This document shows, piece by piece, positions 60,925-64,000 of a stretch of DNA of 64,000 nt. Positions within the stretch are counted from its first letter, which is position 1; the number at the start of each line of letters is the position of its first letter. Location of the stretch: NCBI GenBank assembly GCA_016235065.1, contig JACRMB010000010.1, positions 6,281 through 70,280 of the forward strand. The letters run 5' to 3'. The translations under genes were made by a program, and so were the position numbers. The stretch comes from Actinomycetota bacterium. Lineage in GTDB: Bacteria > Actinomycetota > Thermoleophilia > BMS3ABIN01. The notes beneath the pieces are model-generated. The model did not search any database. It was not told the DNA's origin and was given only the letters and a program-made list of their open reading frames with translations.

Positions 60925-61978
60925 TAGCCTGAGAGGCACCTATCTTATCGAACGCTACCGCCGTTTCCTGCCCGTCTCTGACAGTACGCCAGTGATCAGC
61001 CTCGCCGAAGGGTCTACCCCGCTCCTGCCAGCGCCAAGGCTGGGAGAGCGGCTGGGACTGGACCTGTATCTGAAACTCGAAGGCCTGAATCCGACCGGCA
61101 GCTTCAAGGACCGCGGCATGACCATGGCCGTATCCAAGGGCCTTGAGGAAGGCGCCGGCGCGGTTATCTGCGCTTCGACCGGAAACACCTCAGCCGCAGC
61201 CGCCGCTTATGCCGCCAGGGCCGGGATCCGCTGTATCGTGATCATCCCGGAGGGCAAGATCGCCGCGGGCAAGCTCGCCCAGGCGATCACTCACGGCGCC
61301 GAGGTGCTGTCAGTAGCCGGCAATTTCGACCAGGCCCTGGACCTGGTGCGGGCTATCGTGGAGGAATATCCGGTTCAGCTCGTCAACTCCATCAATCCGC
61401 ACCGGCTCGAAGGACAGAAGACCGGCGCGTTTGAAGTCGTTGACTCTCTTGGCGACGCCCCCGACTACCTCTCCATCCCTGTCGGTAACGCCGGCAACAT
61501 CACCGCATACTGGAAAGGCTTCAACGAGTACCTCGAAGCCGGCCTCTGCAACCACCTGCCGCGCATGATCGGTTTCCAGGCGGCCGGGGCGGCTCCGCTG
61601 GTGCTGGGACATCCGGTGGAGAATCCGGAGACTATCGCCACAGCGATCCGGATCGGAAATCCGGCCCGAGGCGACCAGGCCCTCCAGGCGGCATCAGACT
61701 CGGGAGGGCTGATCGATGCGGTCACTGACGAAGAGATCATTGATGCATACAAGCTGGTCGCTTCCACGGAGGGCACTTTCTGCGAACCCGCTTCCGCGGC
61801 CAGCCTGGCCGGTGTGATCAAGAAACAGAAGGAAGGCCTGTTCAGCGAAGGCGACAGGGTCGTCTGCGTTCTCACGGGTCACGGCCTCAAGGATCCCGAT
61901 ACAGCCATCAGCAACGGCCGCGAAGTAACCCGGGTTGAGGCAGACCTGAAGCAGGTTGTCAAAGTCTTGGGCCTTTAG
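60914..61978 (+). CDS. thrC: Threonine synthase
   Basis: PLP-fold (FKDRGM Lys motif). GAAGGAG upstream. Overlaps the hom stop by 11 nt. Confidence 0.9.
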   Translation: MSSDSLRGTYLIERYRRFLPVSDSTPVISLAEGSTPLLPAPRLGERLGLDLYLKLEGLNPTGSFKDRGMTMAVSKGLEEGAGAVICASTGNTSAAAAAYAARAGIRCIVIIPEGKIAAGKLAQAITHGAEVLSVAGNFDQALDLVRAIVEEYPVQLVNSINPHRLEGQKTGAFEVVDSLGDAPDYLSIPVGNAGNITAYWKGFNEYLEAGLCNHLPRMIGFQAAGAAPLVLGHPVENPETIATAIRIGNPARGDQALQAASDSGGLIDAVTDEEIIDAYKLVASTEGTFCEPASAASLAGVIKKQKEGLFSEGDRVVCVLTGHGLKDPDTAISNGREVTRVEADLKQVVKVLGL

Positions 61979-61987
61979 GAGCCAACC

Positions 61988-63211
61988 ATGAAGTATCTGG
62001 TGTTGATTCCCGACGGTTCCGCAGACGATCCCCGACAGGAACTGGGAGGGCTTACTCCCCTCCAGGCTGCCAGGACACCCAACTTCGACCGGCTGGCCCG
62101 GGAAGGCCTTGTCGGCCTCTCGAGAACGATCCCGGATGGTTTCGCTCCCGGCAGCGATGTCGCCAACCTCTGTGTCCTGGGATATGATCCTCATCTTTAT
62201 TACACCGGCAGGGCTCCCCTCGAAGCCGCCAGCCTCGGAATCGTTCTTCATGATGGCGATGTAGCATTCCGCTGTAACCTTGTCCATGTGGAGGAAGGCA
62301 TCATGAAGGATTTCTCCGCTGGACATATCGATACAGAGGCAGCGACCGAGATCATCTCATTCCTTCAGGAAAACCTCGGCTCTGGCGGCGCCACTTTTTA
62401 CCCGGGCCTCAGCTACCGTCATATAATGGTTTCCCGCGGAAAAGCACTTGAAGCACAATGTACGCCTCCTCACGATATCAGCGGCAAACCTTACGAAGCA
62501 CATCTGCCATCCGGGAACGGGGGCAGCTGGCTGCGCGGGCTGATGGAGGTCTCGGCCAGGCTGCTTGCTGACCATCCCGTGAACCTGAAGCGCATCTCTG
62601 AAGCGAAGGCTCCAGCGAACATGATCTGGCTCTGGGGCCAGGGCACCGCACCCAGGATGCCGACTCTGGAGGAACGATTCGGCCTCACCGGGTCAGTGAT
62701 CTCGGCGGTGGACCTGGTAAAAGGGCTCGGGAAAAATGCCGGTCTCAAGGTCGTCGAGGTCCCGGGCGCGACCGGCTGGCTCGATACCGACTACGAAGCC
62801 AAGGCTCGCTACGCACTGAAAGAGCTTGAATCACGGGATTTCGTCTATGTTCATGTAGAGGCGCCGGACGAAGCTTCTCACTCGGGGAACTCAGCCGCGA
62901 AGGTCGAGGCCATCGAGCGTTTCGATTCGCTGCTGCTCGGGACGCTCCTTGAGGGGCTGGCTGAATACCCGGAATTCCGCATTCTGATAATGCCCGACCA
63001 CGCCACGCCACTGGCGATCAAGACCCATAACATGGAACCGGTGCCGTTCCTTGTCTTCGATCCTTCGCGGCGGGGCGATAGAGACCAGGGTTTCAACGAA
63101 GCATCTGCGGCTGCGAGCCAGCTACGCTTTGAGAACGGCTGGGAACTCATGGAGTGGTTTTTGAGTGATCCGGCGGCCGATCCCGAATATAAGAAAACGG
63201 CGGAGACTTAA
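61988..63211 (+). CDS. Cofactor-independent phosphoglycerate mutase-like protein (archaeal-type iPGM / metalloenzyme superfamily), occupying the thrB position
   Basis: 407 aa with an ApgM-like sequence (LIPDGSADDP...RTPNFDRLA). It lies directly downstream of hom-thrC, with GGAG 8 nt upstream. Confidence 0.7.
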   Translation: MKYLVLIPDGSADDPRQELGGLTPLQAARTPNFDRLAREGLVGLSRTIPDGFAPGSDVANLCVLGYDPHLYYTGRAPLEAASLGIVLHDGDVAFRCNLVHVEEGIMKDFSAGHIDTEAATEIISFLQENLGSGGATFYPGLSYRHIMVSRGKALEAQCTPPHDISGKPYEAHLPSGNGGSWLRGLMEVSARLLADHPVNLKRISEAKAPANMIWLWGQGTAPRMPTLEERFGLTGSVISAVDLVKGLGKNAGLKVVEVPGATGWLDTDYEAKARYALKELESRDFVYVHVEAPDEASHSGNSAAKVEAIERFDSLLLGTLLEGLAEYPEFRILIMPDHATPLAIKTHNMEPVPFLVFDPSRRGDRDQGFNEASAAASQLRFENGWELMEWFLSDPAADPEYKKTAET

Positions 63212-63332
63212 GCCCTAGGTCAAATCCCCGCTGTGCCTCCCCACTTCTGCGGCTCCGCCCATCAGGAACAGGAAAAATCCCGTCCATCTGCCGCAGTTGT
63301 GAGTTCTAAAGTATAGTCTGTTCTTTTCTTCC

Positions 63333-64000
63333 TCATTCCCCGATTCCCTCCAATGAAACTCCGCCCTCGCCATCTGATGACACTCCATCAAAACTCCAAC
63401 CCAGGTTATAGACCACCATGCCGATGCGTGATGCCATTGCCGTTGCAAGTTCGGTGCTGGCAGAAATCCGCTCCCTGTCGAGCTCGAACTCGCGGCTGAA
63501 GTTCAGGACAAGCACGCCGATCGACCTCCCCGCCACACGGACTGGCACACATAAATACGGCTCTTCTGAAGTCTCGTGCCGGCACTTCATCCCGGTTTCA
63601 ACGCCCGCATAAAGATGGACCTGCCCGGACCTCAGAGACCAGCAGTCATCCGCACCGAAGTCCTTGCCCGGTGGCGGAGAGTGACCCCAGACAGCTGCGA
63701 CCTTGTACCGTCCGTCAGCCTGATCGAGCATATAGAGCGAACCGGAATCCTTTCCAGTCAATTCCCCGGCAAACCGGGAAAAAGCCGTATATGCCTCGTC
63801 TGCCAGCAGGCAGCTCTGCAACAGCTCGTCCATCTGGTTCAATATCGCTGTCTCGCGTCTGCGGCGATCGAGTTCAGCGGTCACGAGTTCGAGCTTTGCC
63901 ATGGTGACCACCAGCTCGGAATCCTTCACCTCGGCCTCTTCCTCCAGCTGACCCTTGACCTTCAGCAGCTGCTCTTCCCCGTGCTTGCGTGCCGTGATAT
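63333..64000 (-). CDS. GAF-domain protein preceded by a coiled-coil (C-terminal part; the 5' end lies beyond the window)
   Basis: The reading frame stays open to the window edge. GAF-like core: LYMLDQADGRYKVAAVWGH...VPVRVAGRSIGVLVL. Confidence 0.6.
   Translation of the reverse strand, partial: ITARKHGEEQLLKVKGQLEEEAEVKDSELVVTMAKLELVTAELDRRRRETAILNQMDELLQSCLLADEAYTAFSRFAGELTGKDSGSLYMLDQADGRYKVAAVWGHSPPPGKDFGADDCWSLRSGQVHLYAGVETGMKCRHETSEEPYLCVPVRVAGRSIGVLVLNFSREFELDRERISASTELATAMASRIGMVVYNLGWSFDGVSSDGEGGVSLEGIGE

Overview
This is a 64 kb high-GC (about 60%) bacterial chromosomal segment, read from the six-frame ORF track and by manual inspection of both strands. About 60 protein-coding genes are supported, most of them on the minus strand. 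There are no rRNA or tRNA genes, CRISPR arrays, transposases or integrases. The core content is: trpF-trpB-trpA with a translationally coupled XRE-family regulator; corA; ribD-ribE-ribBA-ribH preceded by an FMN riboswitch; rpe; hup; a pmbA/tldD pair; a MoxR / DUF58 / transglutaminase trio; dnaE; recG; recQ; two 6-phosphofructokinase paralogs (one ATP-type, one with PPi-type signatures); a leuA-leuC-leuD-leuB-ilvE-cimA cluster with a leucine-rich leader-peptide attenuator; hom-thrC followed by an iPGM-like gene where thrB would be expected; rpmB and rpmF. The order recG-rsmD-coaD-x-yceD-rpmF looks Firmicutes-like. Between these lie accessory islands that I consider the most interesting: (a) a same-strand cluster of five small membrane proteins (three DUF4190, two of them carrying zinc ribbons, then DUF4234 and DUF2752) with intergenic tandem repeats; (b) a tandem triplication of a small three-helix membrane protein followed by a chagasin-family protease-inhibitor lipoprotein; (c) two tandem GGDEF + HD-GYP membrane proteins sharing a conserved 7-cysteine module; (d) a strongly Shine-Dalgarno-initiated ORF interrupted by a single in-frame TGA (selenoprotein candidate or pseudogene), directly preceded by a 28-bp tandem direct repeat; (e) a candidate small RNA with a sigma70-like promoter and an intrinsic terminator. 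I recomputed start codons from the sequence wherever the ORF track's first in-frame start codon looked unlikely. Family assignments rest on motifs I could see, not on database searches.
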